From assembly GCA_021850635.1 (NCBI GenBank), contig JAJZLM010000008.1:1-61905 (forward strand): a stretch of 61,905 nucleotides of DNA. The letters are read 5' to 3'. This DNA comes from Nanobdellota archaeon. GTDB taxonomy: Archaea; Nanobdellota; Nanobdellia; Parvarchaeales; Parvarchaeaceae. The position numbers and the translations under genes were made by a program. This document shows positions 46,395-56,581 of the stretch, piece by piece (the first letter of the stretch is position 1; every line of letters starts with the position of its first letter). The notes under the pieces were generated by a model that saw only the letters and a program-made list of their open reading frames with translations, did no database searches and had not been told where the DNA came from.

Positions 46395-46795
46395 TGGAAT
46401 ACGAAGACCTGTTAAACAAGATATTGAAGGAGAAGAAAGTCGGAAGAAGCGAGCGTTTTAACCCGCCGCAAGTCGATATATCAATTTCCGGCCAGAAAAC
46501 AGTCATAAACGCCGATACTTTCTCCAAGTATATAAATCGTCCTCTGACACACATAGCCAAATATTTGATGCATGAACTAACCACCTCAGGACAGATAGAC
46601 GCAAATGGTAAGATAATAATGGGAGGTAAGTTCTCGAGGCATTTGGTCCAGGAAAAACTGAATTCTTATATAAAAGAGTATGTGATTTGCAGACAGTGCG
46701 GCTCTCCTGATACACAGATAAAAAAAGTGGAAAACAACTTCGTAATTACCTGTCTAGGCTGTGGAGCTGAGTATCCTGTAGGCAAAATAAAATAA
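46394..46795 (+). CDS. eif2b: Translation initiation factor aIF2 beta
   Basis: C-terminal Zn ribbon CRQCGSPDT...CLGCGA; 133 aa. Confidence 0.88.
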   Translation: MEYEDLLNKILKEKKVGRSERFNPPQVDISISGQKTVINADTFSKYINRPLTHIAKYLMHELTTSGQIDANGKIIMGGKFSRHLVQEKLNSYIKEYVICRQCGSPDTQIKKVENNFVITCLGCGAEYPVGKIK

Positions 46796-46796
46796 T

Positions 46797-47111
46797 ATGC
46801 CAAAATTCGTAATGAAGATACACGAAGACCATTTCGGCAATAAAGTCGTAGCGGCCAGTGATTCAGATATAATAGGTAAAGACATCACAGACAGTGATAG
46901 AGGCATAGAAATTCGAGTTTCAAAGGATTTTTATGGAGAGACTGAATTTGAGCTCGGCGACATAATAAAATACATTCTTGAAGTCGGCAATGCAAATGTA
47001 ATGGGCACCGGAATTGTAGACGCCCTCATAGAGGAAAACGTAGTGGACCCAGTGCACGTCGTTATGATAGGCGACGTAAAGCACGCACAAATATATAGGA
47101 TTTACAGCTGA
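46797..47111 (+). CDS. DUF424-like protein
   Basis: 104 aa; MKIHE...VVAASDSDIIGK...FYGE pattern. In archaea this family is commonly next to aIF2 beta. Confidence 0.5.
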   Translation: MPKFVMKIHEDHFGNKVVAASDSDIIGKDITDSDRGIEIRVSKDFYGETEFELGDIIKYILEVGNANVMGTGIVDALIEENVVDPVHVVMIGDVKHAQIYRIYS

Positions 47112-47186
47112 ACCACAGAAACATCAGTACCCATAACTTAGGAAGACAAACGATGCTTATTAAAGGTATACTGGAGTAATTAATGT

Positions 47187-47483
47187 ATGACAGAAATACC
47201 TCATTTCAGATATCCAAAGAAGGACGAACTCTTGGGCTACGTCACTCAACTTCTTGGTTTTGGTAGGATGTACGTTAAATGCTCGGATGGAAAGATAAGA
47301 TTATGCCAGGTAAAAGGTAGCCTGAGCAGATACTTGTGGGTTGGTGAAGGAGACCTTGTTATAGTTAAACCTTGGACAGTGGAGCACGAAAAAAAAGCAG
47401 ATATAATGTACAAATACGACAAGAATTCTTGGAGCGACCTAAGATCAAAAGGTCTACTTAAGGAAGACCTTATCCAACAGTAG
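47187..47483 (+). CDS. eif1a: Translation initiation factor aIF1A
   Basis: S1-like OB: GYVTQLLGFGRMYVKCSDGKIRLCQVKGSLSRYLWVGEGDLVIVKPW. Confidence 0.88.
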   Translation: MTEIPHFRYPKKDELLGYVTQLLGFGRMYVKCSDGKIRLCQVKGSLSRYLWVGEGDLVIVKPWTVEHEKKADIMYKYDKNSWSDLRSKGLLKEDLIQQ

Positions 47484-47484
47484 T

Positions 47485-47973
47485 CTAAACTTTTGTACTG
47501 GACGTCATATTAACGTTTACACTCCGTCCAAGTATGTACTCGTTACCAAAGGAATAATTTATCATGACTGAAGCTGTGAAACTAAGGGACAAAACTACAT
47601 CGTTCAAGCTATCAAAAGATGGGCACGTGTACGAATTGGAATAGAAAACCTTCTCTTCCCCGGGTCCTATTACAACCGGCATACCGGAATCAGCCTTGAG
47701 ACCTACAGAATAGTTACTATCTAACATATTCGCGGAAAAGACGGACATATTAACGTTAAGATTGTTCTTGATAGAAAAGAACGTACCATTAAAATCGCAA
47801 TAAGCCTGTGTTACTGACATTGGCGCAGGTTGTCCTTTGGACAGGGGATTTATACCTAATGCGTAGAACGTTATAAAAAACACTACGAAGAGTATCAGTG
47901 CAAAAATTAGGACAAGAACGATAATAGAAGAGTAGTGCGAAAACTTGTCACCTTGGATATATTTTCTTTGCAT
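47485..47973 (-). CDS. Secreted or membrane-anchored protein
   Basis: 162 aa; N-terminal helix SSIIVLVLIFALILFVVFFITFY; N-x-S/T sequons. Confidence 0.5.
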   Translation of the reverse strand: MQRKYIQGDKFSHYSSIIVLVLIFALILFVVFFITFYALGINPLSKGQPAPMSVTQAYCDFNGTFFSIKNNLNVNMSVFSANMLDSNYSVGLKADSGMPVVIGPGEEKVFYSNSYTCPSFDSLNDVVLSLSFTASVMINYSFGNEYILGRSVNVNMTSSTKV

Positions 47974-48065
47974 CCGAATTGACTCCTTTTGTTATAGTTA
48001 CTTTATTATCCCTCGGAACATAAATATTTTAATTTTACGCCTTTGGTACTCTATCTAAAAATTAT

Positions 48066-48815
48066 CTATACTTTTTTACCGATTTCCTTGAGCTCTTCTT
48101 CGATGCTTTCTATTGCCTGTTCAAATATCTCTTTTGTACTCAGCTGCCCCCAGTTCTCCAGACTGAAGATTACCTTTTCTGGATCAGAAGATATCTTTAT
48201 GTTTTCCTGGCCGGCGTAGTCTTCACAAGCCTTACACAATATACAATCTTGAGTCATGCCTTTCTTTACGGACAAATTATCTCCGCTGCCTTCAAGTATG
48301 TTTACTGGACATAGAGAAGCTATTTTTGCTGCTCCTTTTACGCCGCCTTTCTTTATGTCTATGACAGGATAAAAATGATAGGATACATGCGCTGGTGAGA
48401 ACTTTATGTGGTCACTCCCTCTGCCAAAAACTGCCTTTGCCTCTAGGTCTATACTTTCCCCCTCTTTCAAGTTAAGAAGAAGCATGTCAGGATAGACTGG
48501 AACTATGTCTTTATCAGATGGGATAAAGTCCGATGCGTGCACTGCTTTAGGCCCTGTTTCCTTAAGCTTGAATAGTATCTCCTTTTTGCTTTTAACTAGC
48601 TCGGGTATTGTCTTTAATGGTACTAAACCCAATCGCGATGCCAGTATCTCATCGTACATAGAACTAGTATTCTTGAATATAGTCACATCTTCTATCGCAA
48701 GCGTGTCTACGCTGTTTATTATTACTCTCCTAAGCGCATTGACAAACGACAACTTAAAGTCGGACAACAGCAAAGTAGAAGACTTATCGTCGGATTTTAT
48801 TACAGATGCTTCCAT
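48066..48815 (-). CDS. rpoD: DNA-directed RNA polymerase subunit D (Rpo3) with Fe-S-type Cys cluster
   Basis: NALRRVIINSV, ferredoxin-like CPVN...CILCKAC; follows S13-S4-S11. Confidence 0.88.
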   Translation of the reverse strand: MEASVIKSDDKSSTLLLSDFKLSFVNALRRVIINSVDTLAIEDVTIFKNTSSMYDEILASRLGLVPLKTIPELVKSKKEILFKLKETGPKAVHASDFIPSDKDIVPVYPDMLLLNLKEGESIDLEAKAVFGRGSDHIKFSPAHVSYHFYPVIDIKKGGVKGAAKIASLCPVNILEGSGDNLSVKKGMTQDCILCKACEDYAGQENIKISSDPEKVIFSLENWGQLSTKEIFEQAIESIEEELKEIGKKV

Positions 48816-48817
48816 AT

Positions 48818-49207
48818 TTACATTCTCCTCCCCCTTCTTCCGCCTTTTCTTTTACACCCATCATGAGGTACGGGAGTAACGTTCTCGACGCTGAGTATCT
48901 TAACCCCAGCCCGTTCCAATGCTTTGACTGCGGATCTTGCACCCGGTCCGGTAGTCTTAGAGCCTATCCCTCCCGCCGCGCGTATCTTTATATGAGCAGC
49001 TGATACTCCTTTAGCTGACATATCCTCTGCGACTCTTTTTGCAGCATCCATTGCAGCACGTGGTGAAGACCCTAATCTGTCGGCCTTAACTTGAGAGCCA
49101 CCACTTCTTATAGAGAACGTGTGCGCATTACTTATATCCGTGACATGTATTATCGTATTATTCATTGTGGCGTATATATGAACGACTCCTATCTTTCCTC
49201 TTTCCAT
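48818..49207 (-). CDS. rps11: Ribosomal protein uS11
   Basis: [18 protein letters not shown]...[15 protein letters not shown]. Confidence 0.92.
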   Translation of the reverse strand: MERGKIGVVHIYATMNNTIIHVTDISNAHTFSIRSGGSQVKADRLGSSPRAAMDAAKRVAEDMSAKGVSAAHIKIRAAGGIGSKTTGPGARSAVKALERAGVKILSVENVTPVPHDGCKRKGGRRGRRM

Positions 49208-49208
49208 A

Positions 49209-49736
49209 CTACTCTGATTTGTTCCTCATTCTTATAGGATGCTCTGGTGACGCTACAGGGGATTTTTTCGAGAAGACTATCTTATCTTCCTCGTTCCTTT
49301 CTACTAGGTAACTAGGTGTATCTATTATTTTTCCGTTGACTTCTATGTGTCTGTGCGTTATAAGTTGTCTAGATTCTCTTATACTCCTAGCCATGCCTCT
49401 CTTAACTACGAAGGTCTGCAGCCTCCTATCTAAGAAATTCTCTATGTTAAGATCCAAAACGTCATCGACTGTTGCATTTTCGCTAACTAACCCCAAAGAA
49501 TTAAGTTTCCTTATAAACGCTTTCTCTTCCTCATCTCCTTTATTCAGAGCTTTCAGGCCTACCAACTCCCTAGCCTGTTTTCTTACGTTTCTAAGTCTAG
49601 ATTCTACTTTCCACAATTCTTTCTTGTTTTTGAATCCGTATTTTTTTCTAAGCTGTATATCCCTGTCTATCCTCGCCTTCTCCCATATTTTAAGAGGCGG
49701 TTTGTACTTCTTTGACTGTCTCTTACTTGTTCCCAT
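49209..49736 (-). CDS. rps4: Ribosomal protein uS4
   Basis: S4 RNA-binding domain [34 protein letters not shown]. Confidence 0.9.
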   Translation of the reverse strand: MGTSKRQSKKYKPPLKIWEKARIDRDIQLRKKYGFKNKKELWKVESRLRNVRKQARELVGLKALNKGDEEEKAFIRKLNSLGLVSENATVDDVLDLNIENFLDRRLQTFVVKRGMARSIRESRQLITHRHIEVNGKIIDTPSYLVERNEEDKIVFSKKSPVASPEHPIRMRNKSE

Positions 49737-49737
49737 A

Positions 49738-50280
49738 TTATTGTTTAGCTGCAGGCTGCTGTACTATAGTTTTCTTAGTTACACCAATAGTGTTACCAAT
49801 ACGTCCTTTGAAGTTAGCTCCTCTGGATTTAACCCTCTGTCCTCTCATCTTATAATTGAAAGAATGCCTGTACCCACGATAAGATCGGCTAGTCTTTATT
49901 TCCTGTATATGCAAATTATGCTTAGATTTCAGATCGTTACCTATCAAGTGCGTATCTAACCCAGTGTTCTCGTCTTTTCTCCAGTTGTACATCCACCCTG
50001 GTATCCCATTTTTATGTGGGTTCTTCATTATGTCTTTGAGTTTATCCATGTCTCCCGCACTTATGTCCTGGAGTTTAGTATTTCCGTTTATTCCTAGGAC
50101 CTTTATTATAGCGTTCGCATACGAGAAGCTTATTCCAGTTATTATCCTCAACGCATTTTTAATCTCCGTACTGCCGTCTATGTCTGTATCGGATATTCTT
50201 ATTATCTTTCTTTCGCCTTCCGCCTGCTGCTTCACGCGCTGTGTCGCTTGTGGTTTCTGTGCTGTTTTACCGCTCTGCAT
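49738..50280 (-). CDS. rps13: Ribosomal protein uS13
   Basis: IRISDTDIDGSTEIKNALRIITGISFSYANAI...; basic C-terminus. Confidence 0.88.
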   Translation of the reverse strand: MQSGKTAQKPQATQRVKQQAEGERKIIRISDTDIDGSTEIKNALRIITGISFSYANAIIKVLGINGNTKLQDISAGDMDKLKDIMKNPHKNGIPGWMYNWRKDENTGLDTHLIGNDLKSKHNLHIQEIKTSRSYRGYRHSFNYKMRGQRVKSRGANFKGRIGNTIGVTKKTIVQQPAAKQ

Positions 50281-50323
50281 ATCGAATTATGATATTGATA
50301 ACTTAAGGGTATTTAAATGTTAA

Positions 50324-50439
50324 GTGACAGCATCCACTTACTTTTTCCCTTTTACGGAATACTCATAAGACGCGCCGGTGATTATCTTCCGTGTTCGAAA
50401 TGGGAACGGGATTTGCCGCCGGCCTATTAACGCTATCAC
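50324..50439 (-). rRNA. 5S ribosomal RNA (unlinked to 16S/23S)
   Basis: Minus strand has CCCAUUUCGAACACGGAAGAUAA (conserved loop B/helix III region). Helix I is GUGAUAGC/GCUGUCAC. About 116 nt. Confidence 0.8.
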
Positions 50440-50473
50440 GTATTACTAAGAAAACTTGCATTTAAAAGCTTAA

Positions 50474-51067
50474 CTACCTGGCCAGCAGATTGACATTTAT
50501 ATACTCTGAAACGTACGTGCCATTCGAAGCAGATATTATCGTACCCCTACAGTCATGATTAGCGTAGCATGAATATGGTACATTGTAATACCCGAATCGC
50601 AGAGCCAGATACGCGTAAAACATGCCTTTAGTATTTACCTTTATGATACTGGGTGAATACGGCCACACGACCGTTGCAGTAGAATTTGGGAGCAGGATAT
50701 ACTCCAAAAGAGCGGAACACGATGCTTCGTTGCTGACGTTTATTATATACGCAGTATCTACTGGATACACATTCCCTGTCAACGGTGATACGCATCCTGC
50801 AACATATCCCACGGCGGAGTCCGCATTGTTTTTAAGGCTGATAGCTAGTACAAGCTGACCGTTATACGAGTTAAACGAGGGGGTGATATTTGTAACTGAG
50901 ACAACAGAACTAGACTGAGAAAAGTTTATCACCGACACTGAAGAGACCCCTCCAAGAGGTCCAGCCGTATAGATGTAATATACAAGGCTTACTAAAAGGA
51001 ACATTACCAGAACTACTGCGATGCTACCGACCACTTTATCTTGGGCTATATTATTGCCAGCGCGCAT
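50474..51067 (-). CDS. Secreted or membrane-anchored protein
   Basis: 197 aa; N-terminal helix GSIAVVLVMFLLVSLVYYIY; N-x-S/T sequons and several Cys. Confidence 0.5.
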   Translation of the reverse strand: MRAGNNIAQDKVVGSIAVVLVMFLLVSLVYYIYTAGPLGGVSSVSVINFSQSSSVVSVTNITPSFNSYNGQLVLAISLKNNADSAVGYVAGCVSPLTGNVYPVDTAYIINVSNEASCSALLEYILLPNSTATVVWPYSPSIIKVNTKGMFYAYLALRFGYYNVPYSCYANHDCRGTIISASNGTYVSEYINVNLLAR

Positions 51068-51148
51068 TATAATATTAATAGTTGTAAGTTAAAAAGTATA
51101 TCACAACCTGATTAAATGGTTTTATAGTGAAACTAACAATAGGTAACT

Positions 51149-51484
51149 ATGGAAAAGGATAAAGAACTTAAGTTCTATCACATAGGAAGAGTAATAAAAG
51201 TAATAGACTCAAAAGGCGGTAAAAACTTCGACAACAAAAACAAGGCAGCCATAGAGATGTGGGACAACAATGTGATTACCTGCGAGACCGGTACTGCAAA
51301 AGTGAATGAAAACGATTTTGTCATAGTCAGATTCAACGGTATAATACAAAGCGGTAGCAATAATATATTCATGAGCCCTAGCTCCGTCACAGACATAGTA
51401 TCTGAAGAAGTCGGCGGGTCTATATGGAGGAGCTATAAGAGTTTCTATGACAAGGCGAAGCCTTCGCACCCTCTAACAGGCTGA
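51149..51484 (+). CDS. Hypothetical protein
   Basis: 111-aa ORF with clean intergenic spacing; no motif. Confidence 0.4.
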   Translation: MEKDKELKFYHIGRVIKVIDSKGGKNFDNKNKAAIEMWDNNVITCETGTAKVNENDFVIVRFNGIIQSGSNNIFMSPSSVTDIVSEEVGGSIWRSYKSFYDKAKPSHPLTG

Positions 51485-51534
51485 AACACGCCATATATCT
51501 AATGTTTATATTTGTGCGATAAAATAATCTCTTA

Positions 51535-52683
51535 ATGAATATTAGAAAGCTACTCGCTAAGGTCGTAGACTCTGAAAGATTAGCGCACGACATATATTCT
51601 AGATTATACTTGGTGGAGAAGGATAAAAAACTTAAAAACAAGCTAAAGGAGCTAAAAGCCATAGATATAAAGCATCTAGAGACTTGGGATAAAATAGACT
51701 CAGAGATGAAACTCAGGACAGTATCACATACGCATGGACTGGAAGTAGCCTCTATTCTATTTGTAAGGAGACTTTTTGGAAAAGACTTGACGCTTAGCAT
51801 AATAAATTCCATAGAGAACAGAAAGATATCGGATTTATCCAAAGTGTTCCATTACATACCAAATAGATACAAACCAAAGATAATCGACTATCTAGTAGAA
51901 GAGCTGTACCAGGAAAGACTCCTCAAACAAGACAGTAAAAGCAGCGGCATAATCACAAATATAAGAGACGTAGTTTTCGGCATGAACGATGGTCTTGTAG
52001 AAGTGCTGGCAGCAGTAGCAGGGTTTACAGGAGTACTACACGATAATCTTCTAATCTTGATAGCTGGAACTATAGTCGGACTGTCAGGTACGATTTCGAT
52101 GGCAGTCGGAGCGTATCTTGCATCTAAGTCCGAGAAGGACGTTGAAAACGATAGCATAAACAGGCTGGAACTTGAACTGCAGGTTGCAAAAGAACGCCTT
52201 ATAGAAGACCTTAAAAAGCATTCAAGAACTTATGAGAAGTTCGATAAAGGATTAGACGAGCTTATTATAAAACTAAAAAAGTTTAGGGATCCTGTTTATA
52301 AAGTCCTAGAGAGGGAGCGTGGGAACCCACTAATGAAATTCTTGGCAGGCAAAGGCAGGATATACGATAGAGAGACGAAGACAGGAATAAATCCGGTGAA
52401 GGATGCGATATATGTGGGTGCTTTCTATATCTTGGGTGCCATTATACCCTTAGTAAGTTTCCTAGCGGGAGTGATAATCAATACTAGTCCTTATCTAAAC
52501 CTTGTGATATCAGTAACGCTCACGGTTATCACTATCGGAATGATATCCACAGTCATCGCGATGAATTCGAATGAAAACATAGGAAGATATATGGGCAGGG
52601 CCATTTCATTAAGTCTGCTAGCCGCCGCTGTGACTTTCTTCATAGGCTACATAGCCTCATCTTACCTGCATATAGCAGTTTGA
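51535..52683 (+). CDS. VIT1/CCC1-family iron/manganese transporter with N-terminal ferritin-like domain
   Basis: VFGMNDGLVEVLAAVAGF and C-terminal TM helices typical of VIT1. The N-terminal 100 aa form a helical ferritin-like region. Confidence 0.72.
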   Translation: MNIRKLLAKVVDSERLAHDIYSRLYLVEKDKKLKNKLKELKAIDIKHLETWDKIDSEMKLRTVSHTHGLEVASILFVRRLFGKDLTLSIINSIENRKISDLSKVFHYIPNRYKPKIIDYLVEELYQERLLKQDSKSSGIITNIRDVVFGMNDGLVEVLAAVAGFTGVLHDNLLILIAGTIVGLSGTISMAVGAYLASKSEKDVENDSINRLELELQVAKERLIEDLKKHSRTYEKFDKGLDELIIKLKKFRDPVYKVLERERGNPLMKFLAGKGRIYDRETKTGINPVKDAIYVGAFYILGAIIPLVSFLAGVIINTSPYLNLVISVTLTVITIGMISTVIAMNSNENIGRYMGRAISLSLLAAAVTFFIGYIASSYLHIAV

Positions 52684-52735
52684 CGGCAATTGAAATAGTT
52701 AAATACGGTTTATACTCTATATATTGTGAATCGAT

Positions 52736-53950
52736 ATGTCAGATTTTGATGCAAATGAGGTCAGAAAAGACTTTCCTATACTGTCAAAGACTATAGAGGG
52801 GAATCCCCTTATCTACTTGGATAATGCAGCTACATCACAAAAGCCGAGCACAGTTATAGACGGGATAAAATACTTTTACGAAAATATAAACGCAAATCCG
52901 CTGAGAAGCCTGCATAAGCTAGCCGAGGAATCGACCAAAGCATACGAAACTGCGAGAGAAAAGGTGGCAAGGTTCATAAATGCGTCCCCCGAAGAGATAA
53001 TATTCGTAAGGAACACTACAGAAGCCATAAACCTCGTATCTTTCTCCCTCAAGATGGATAGAGGAAGCAGAATACTCACTACCTATCTAGAGCACCACTC
53101 TAACCTGCTCCCATGGCTTAGATTAAGGGATAAAGGCATGTTCGTGGATATCGTAGGAGTTGATGACAACTTAGAACTTGACATGGGTCGTTTCGAGAAC
53201 ATAAGACAGGACACAAAATTAGTAGCGGTTACCCACGGGTCTAACGTTACCGGTACTATAACGGACGTAGAAAAAATATCAAGACTTGCACACGCGAGCG
53301 GCGCTTTAGTATTAGTGGACGCGGCCCAGACTGCCCCTCACATTAAACTCGACGTTAAAAAAATAGACGCAGATTTTCTGGCTTTTTCTGGACATAAGAT
53401 GCTTGGACCTATGGGAGTAGGTGTACTCTACATAAACAAGAGGGTTATACCAAAACTCGGTACTTTCCTTACTGGAGGAGAAATGATATCTAGCGTCAAA
53501 ATGAACGACATAAAATACGCGGATGTGCCGGCTTACTTCGAGGCCGGTACCCCAAACGTTGCAGACGCCTACGGACTAGGTCTGGCTATAGACTATCTAG
53601 ATAAGGTAGGGATGGATAGAATATATGCATACGAGAAGAAACTGATGGATTATCTTTATTCATCAGCGGCTTCCATAGATTGCCTCGATATATACAGCGG
53701 AAAAAGCAGAGAAAGAGGCTCCATATTCTCTTTCAGCGTCAAGAATGCGCATCCGCATGACGTGGCTTATCTTCTAAACAAAAAAGGGATAGCGATACGT
53801 TCCGGTTTTCAATGCGCCCAACCCCTTATAGAGGACAAGCTCCATGTGAAAGGCGGAGTCGCGCGGGCAAGTCCTTACTTTTATAATACGTACGACGAGA
53901 TAGACACCTTTCTTGCGGAGATTAAAAAAATAGGCAATATGTATGGATGA
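52736..53950 (+). CDS. sufS: Cysteine desulfurase (SufS/Csd, class V aminotransferase)
   Basis: FSGHKMLGPMGVGVLY (PLP Lys), RSGFQCAQP (catalytic Cys). Confidence 0.88.
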   Translation: MSDFDANEVRKDFPILSKTIEGNPLIYLDNAATSQKPSTVIDGIKYFYENINANPLRSLHKLAEESTKAYETAREKVARFINASPEEIIFVRNTTEAINLVSFSLKMDRGSRILTTYLEHHSNLLPWLRLRDKGMFVDIVGVDDNLELDMGRFENIRQDTKLVAVTHGSNVTGTITDVEKISRLAHASGALVLVDAAQTAPHIKLDVKKIDADFLAFSGHKMLGPMGVGVLYINKRVIPKLGTFLTGGEMISSVKMNDIKYADVPAYFEAGTPNVADAYGLGLAIDYLDKVGMDRIYAYEKKLMDYLYSSAASIDCLDIYSGKSRERGSIFSFSVKNAHPHDVAYLLNKKGIAIRSGFQCAQPLIEDKLHVKGGVARASPYFYNTYDEIDTFLAEIKKIGNMYG

Positions 53951-54317
53951 AGACAAATATTATGAGCTCATAGACATATATAAGAACCCAGAACATGCTG
54001 GTAAGTTACAGGATTTCGATGTATCGGAGGAAGGATATTCTACGTCGTGCGGAGATACTTTCAATGTCTACTTAAAGATGGAGAATGGCACGATAAAAGA
54101 GGCATCTTTCGAAGGCAACGGTTGCATAATATCCACGGTTTCTATATCCAAACTTTGCAGTGAAGTAGTCGGTAAAAGCTCGGATAAAGTAAATAGTATG
54201 GGTTTGGAAGACGTAAAAAGGATAATCGGGATAGACCACATAAGCGCCTCTAGAGTGGGCTGTGCACTGGTCGGACTCGAAACTATAAAAAAGGCGCTTG
54301 CAAAGTATAAGCTATGA
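53943..54317 (+). CDS. sufU: SufU/IscU-like Fe-S scaffold or sulfur acceptor
   Basis: Three conserved Cys (STSCGD, GNGCIIS, VGCAL); overlaps sufS by 8 nt. Confidence 0.8.
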   Translation: MDEDKYYELIDIYKNPEHAGKLQDFDVSEEGYSTSCGDTFNVYLKMENGTIKEASFEGNGCIISTVSISKLCSEVVGKSSDKVNSMGLEDVKRIIGIDHISASRVGCALVGLETIKKALAKYKL

Positions 54318-54664
54318 AAGGACAGGAACTGCCTACCTCAACTATAATACTCATAATACTTACCGTAGTCATACTGATATTCGTCATAGTCTATATAATC
54401 CTACCTATAATCAAGGTTGGGACTCCTAAATCTCCGAGCACATCTATGGCATCTTTCACTTTTAACTGTGCTACATACTGTGGACAACCAGCGTCAGCAA
54501 ACAACATCCCGGCGGATACTTATTTCTGCAAGGACACTATAGATTATAATGGAACAATATATCACTGCTACGACGTATTCGAAGGCAAACAGATAGCTAC
54601 TTGCAGTTACACCGCGCAGAATGGCACACGGTGGTCTGATATAGGCAGTGTAGAGTGCGGCTAA
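54314..54664 (+). CDS. Cys-rich secreted protein with class III (prepilin-like) signal peptide
   Basis: MKGQELPTSTIILIILTVVILIFVIV; the mature part aligns with 16710..17078 (NC.T.C..A..NN.PA...C...G....C). Confidence 0.6.
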   Translation: MKGQELPTSTIILIILTVVILIFVIVYIILPIIKVGTPKSPSTSMASFTFNCATYCGQPASANNIPADTYFCKDTIDYNGTIYHCYDVFEGKQIATCSYTAQNGTRWSDIGSVECG

Positions 54665-54721
54665 TATTATAGAGCCGCATAGCGCAAAAACCGTTAATAT
54701 AAGGGACTCCTACTATCAGTT

Positions 54722-55275
54722 ATGATATACAAAAATCTCGGTAAAACCGGCGAAAAACTGTCTGCTATAGGCTAGTTTTGGACGGAAAGATAAAATATAT
54801 AAGAGTAAGCAACTTTTCCAAAAAGCAGTTCATAGATGCGCAGAATTTTCTAAGCAATCATGATATAGTTTCTGACCAAGTAGAATATAGTTTGATTGTC
54901 AGAGATCTGGAGAAAGACTTGTTGCCGTACCTACAGAAAGAGGGTGTCACGCTGATAGCTTATAGCCCTCTGGCAAAGGGTGCGATCTTCACGAATAAGT
55001 ATAGTAAACTAGTAACAGAATTGTCTGATATCAGCAAAAAATATTCTATGACATCTGTGCAAGTAGCACTTAACTGGCTTATATCCAAAGAAGGCGTGAT
55101 AACAATACCAAAGGCTTCTACGTCTGCACATGCAGCCGAAGACGCAAAATCTGTCGACTTCAAATTAGGACCTACGGATATACAAATTTTAGATAAATTA
55201 GGTGGCAAATTCAGAAGAAGGCCCCTGAGCCGCAGGATACATCCATTCATATCGTTGCTGAACGTGATTAGATAA
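54722..55275 (+). pseudogene. Aldo/keto reductase remnant (internal deletion plus frameshift)
   Basis: 54722-54775 encodes MIYKNLGKTGEKLSAIG followed by a stop (AKR N-terminus). A different frame from 54778 encodes only the C-terminal half (IRVSNFS...NQ-like VEYS...AYSPLAKG...IPKAS). About 120 residues of the barrel are missing. Confidence 0.75.
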
Positions 55276-55307
55276 CCCTAGATACAAGCAGTAAGTTCGA
55301 ACTAGAT

Positions 55308-56135
55308 TCACTGATATATAATATGGCCGTCAGTAATATCTATTCTGCCATGCTTGATTCCTAGGACTCCGTTATTGAAAGATATCTTGGACACGTAAAA
55401 ACTGTCATTGTACTTCACAAGTATGCCATCATCGTCGGATAATAGCATTACACCTTCATTACCGAAGTCCTTTAGACTCCCTCCATTTCTATTTGTGAGT
55501 TCACGCGCTATGTAACTGTAACTTAATCCTGAACCATTTAAGTTTACCAGCGTTATCGGTTCCTTTCCGTTTTTCCTACAGGATAATTCAGCGTATACTT
55601 TATCGATAAGCTTGTTTTTGTTAGTCCACTCCTTTACTTCTGAAAAAATCGGGAAATCTTCCAATCTATTATTAGAATACACAGTGGTCGGTAGATAACC
55701 ACCTATCTCGCGCGACAAAAGCGCAAATGACAGCCCATGATCTGTGTCTAAGGAGCACGTCGAAGCAGTGACAGGATCTGCGCGACTACAATCAAAAAGT
55801 CCTGACGTTCGGTTTATCTTATGAGCTATTTCATGCATTATTAACTTTCTTGCATTTTCCTCTACGTTTATCATATCTTCTCGTGATAATGGGATTTCAG
55901 TGTACTTACCCCTTTTCTTAGAGGCTGCGAGATAAGTTTTCTTCAACATACCGCGCGTTATGTAAAATTTATCCTCTTCCGGAACCCAATACGCGAGATG
56001 TGATCCATTGTTCTCTATTATTATAAAGTCTTCACTTTTGATGTTAGAATAAGCTAGTAGACTGTACTTATCATTGTTTTTTAGGTACCCGACGAAATCA
56101 TCAATAATCTTGTCAAGCGTTTCGCGGACACCCAT
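55308..56135 (-). CDS. Hypothetical protein with HExxH motif (putative zinc metallopeptidase)
   Basis: 275 aa; LIMHEIAHKINR; no signal peptide. Confidence 0.4.
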   Translation of the reverse strand: MGVRETLDKIIDDFVGYLKNNDKYSLLAYSNIKSEDFIIIENNGSHLAYWVPEEDKFYITRGMLKKTYLAASKKRGKYTEIPLSREDMINVEENARKLIMHEIAHKINRTSGLFDCSRADPVTASTCSLDTDHGLSFALLSREIGGYLPTTVYSNNRLEDFPIFSEVKEWTNKNKLIDKVYAELSCRKNGKEPITLVNLNGSGLSYSYIARELTNRNGGSLKDFGNEGVMLLSDDDGILVKYNDSFYVSKISFNNGVLGIKHGRIDITDGHIIYQ

Positions 56136-56188
56136 GATACCATAAAACTGGGATATTATTAAAATATAATGTTCTGCTGTTTGACTAT

Positions 56189-56581
56189 CTACTTTACGCT
56201 TTTTATCACTTTCTGCCCCATCATGTCAGAATAGGTAACCTGTACCCCTTCTTTCAGCTTGTCTTTAATTTCTGAGGGAGCATCGGTTTCAAACACATCA
56301 TATGATTCCATGTCCATAAGCTGTACTTTATTATCATTAACGCTTATGACCTGTGCTGTGCGTTTCTCTATTATAGGTATCTTTGCGCGGTCTTCCGCGG
56401 ACATCACGAAAACCCTTTTTTTATCGTCAAGCATCCCTACAGCTTCTATCCTAGCTTTAGCGTGGCCATGTTTTCCGGGAGCACTGAGAGTGATATCAGT
56501 TATTTTGCATATGAACTGGTCATCCACAAGTATAGTATCTCCTTTCCTCAATTCGTTGATACCGACCAACTTGTATTCCAT
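56189..56581 (-). CDS. eif5a: Translation initiation factor aIF5A
   Basis: Hypusination loop SAPGKHGHAKARIE; 130 aa. Confidence 0.9.
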   Translation of the reverse strand: MEYKLVGINELRKGDTILVDDQFICKITDITLSAPGKHGHAKARIEAVGMLDDKKRVFVMSAEDRAKIPIIEKRTAQVISVNDNKVQLMDMESYDVFETDAPSEIKDKLKEGVQVTYSDMMGQKVIKSVK

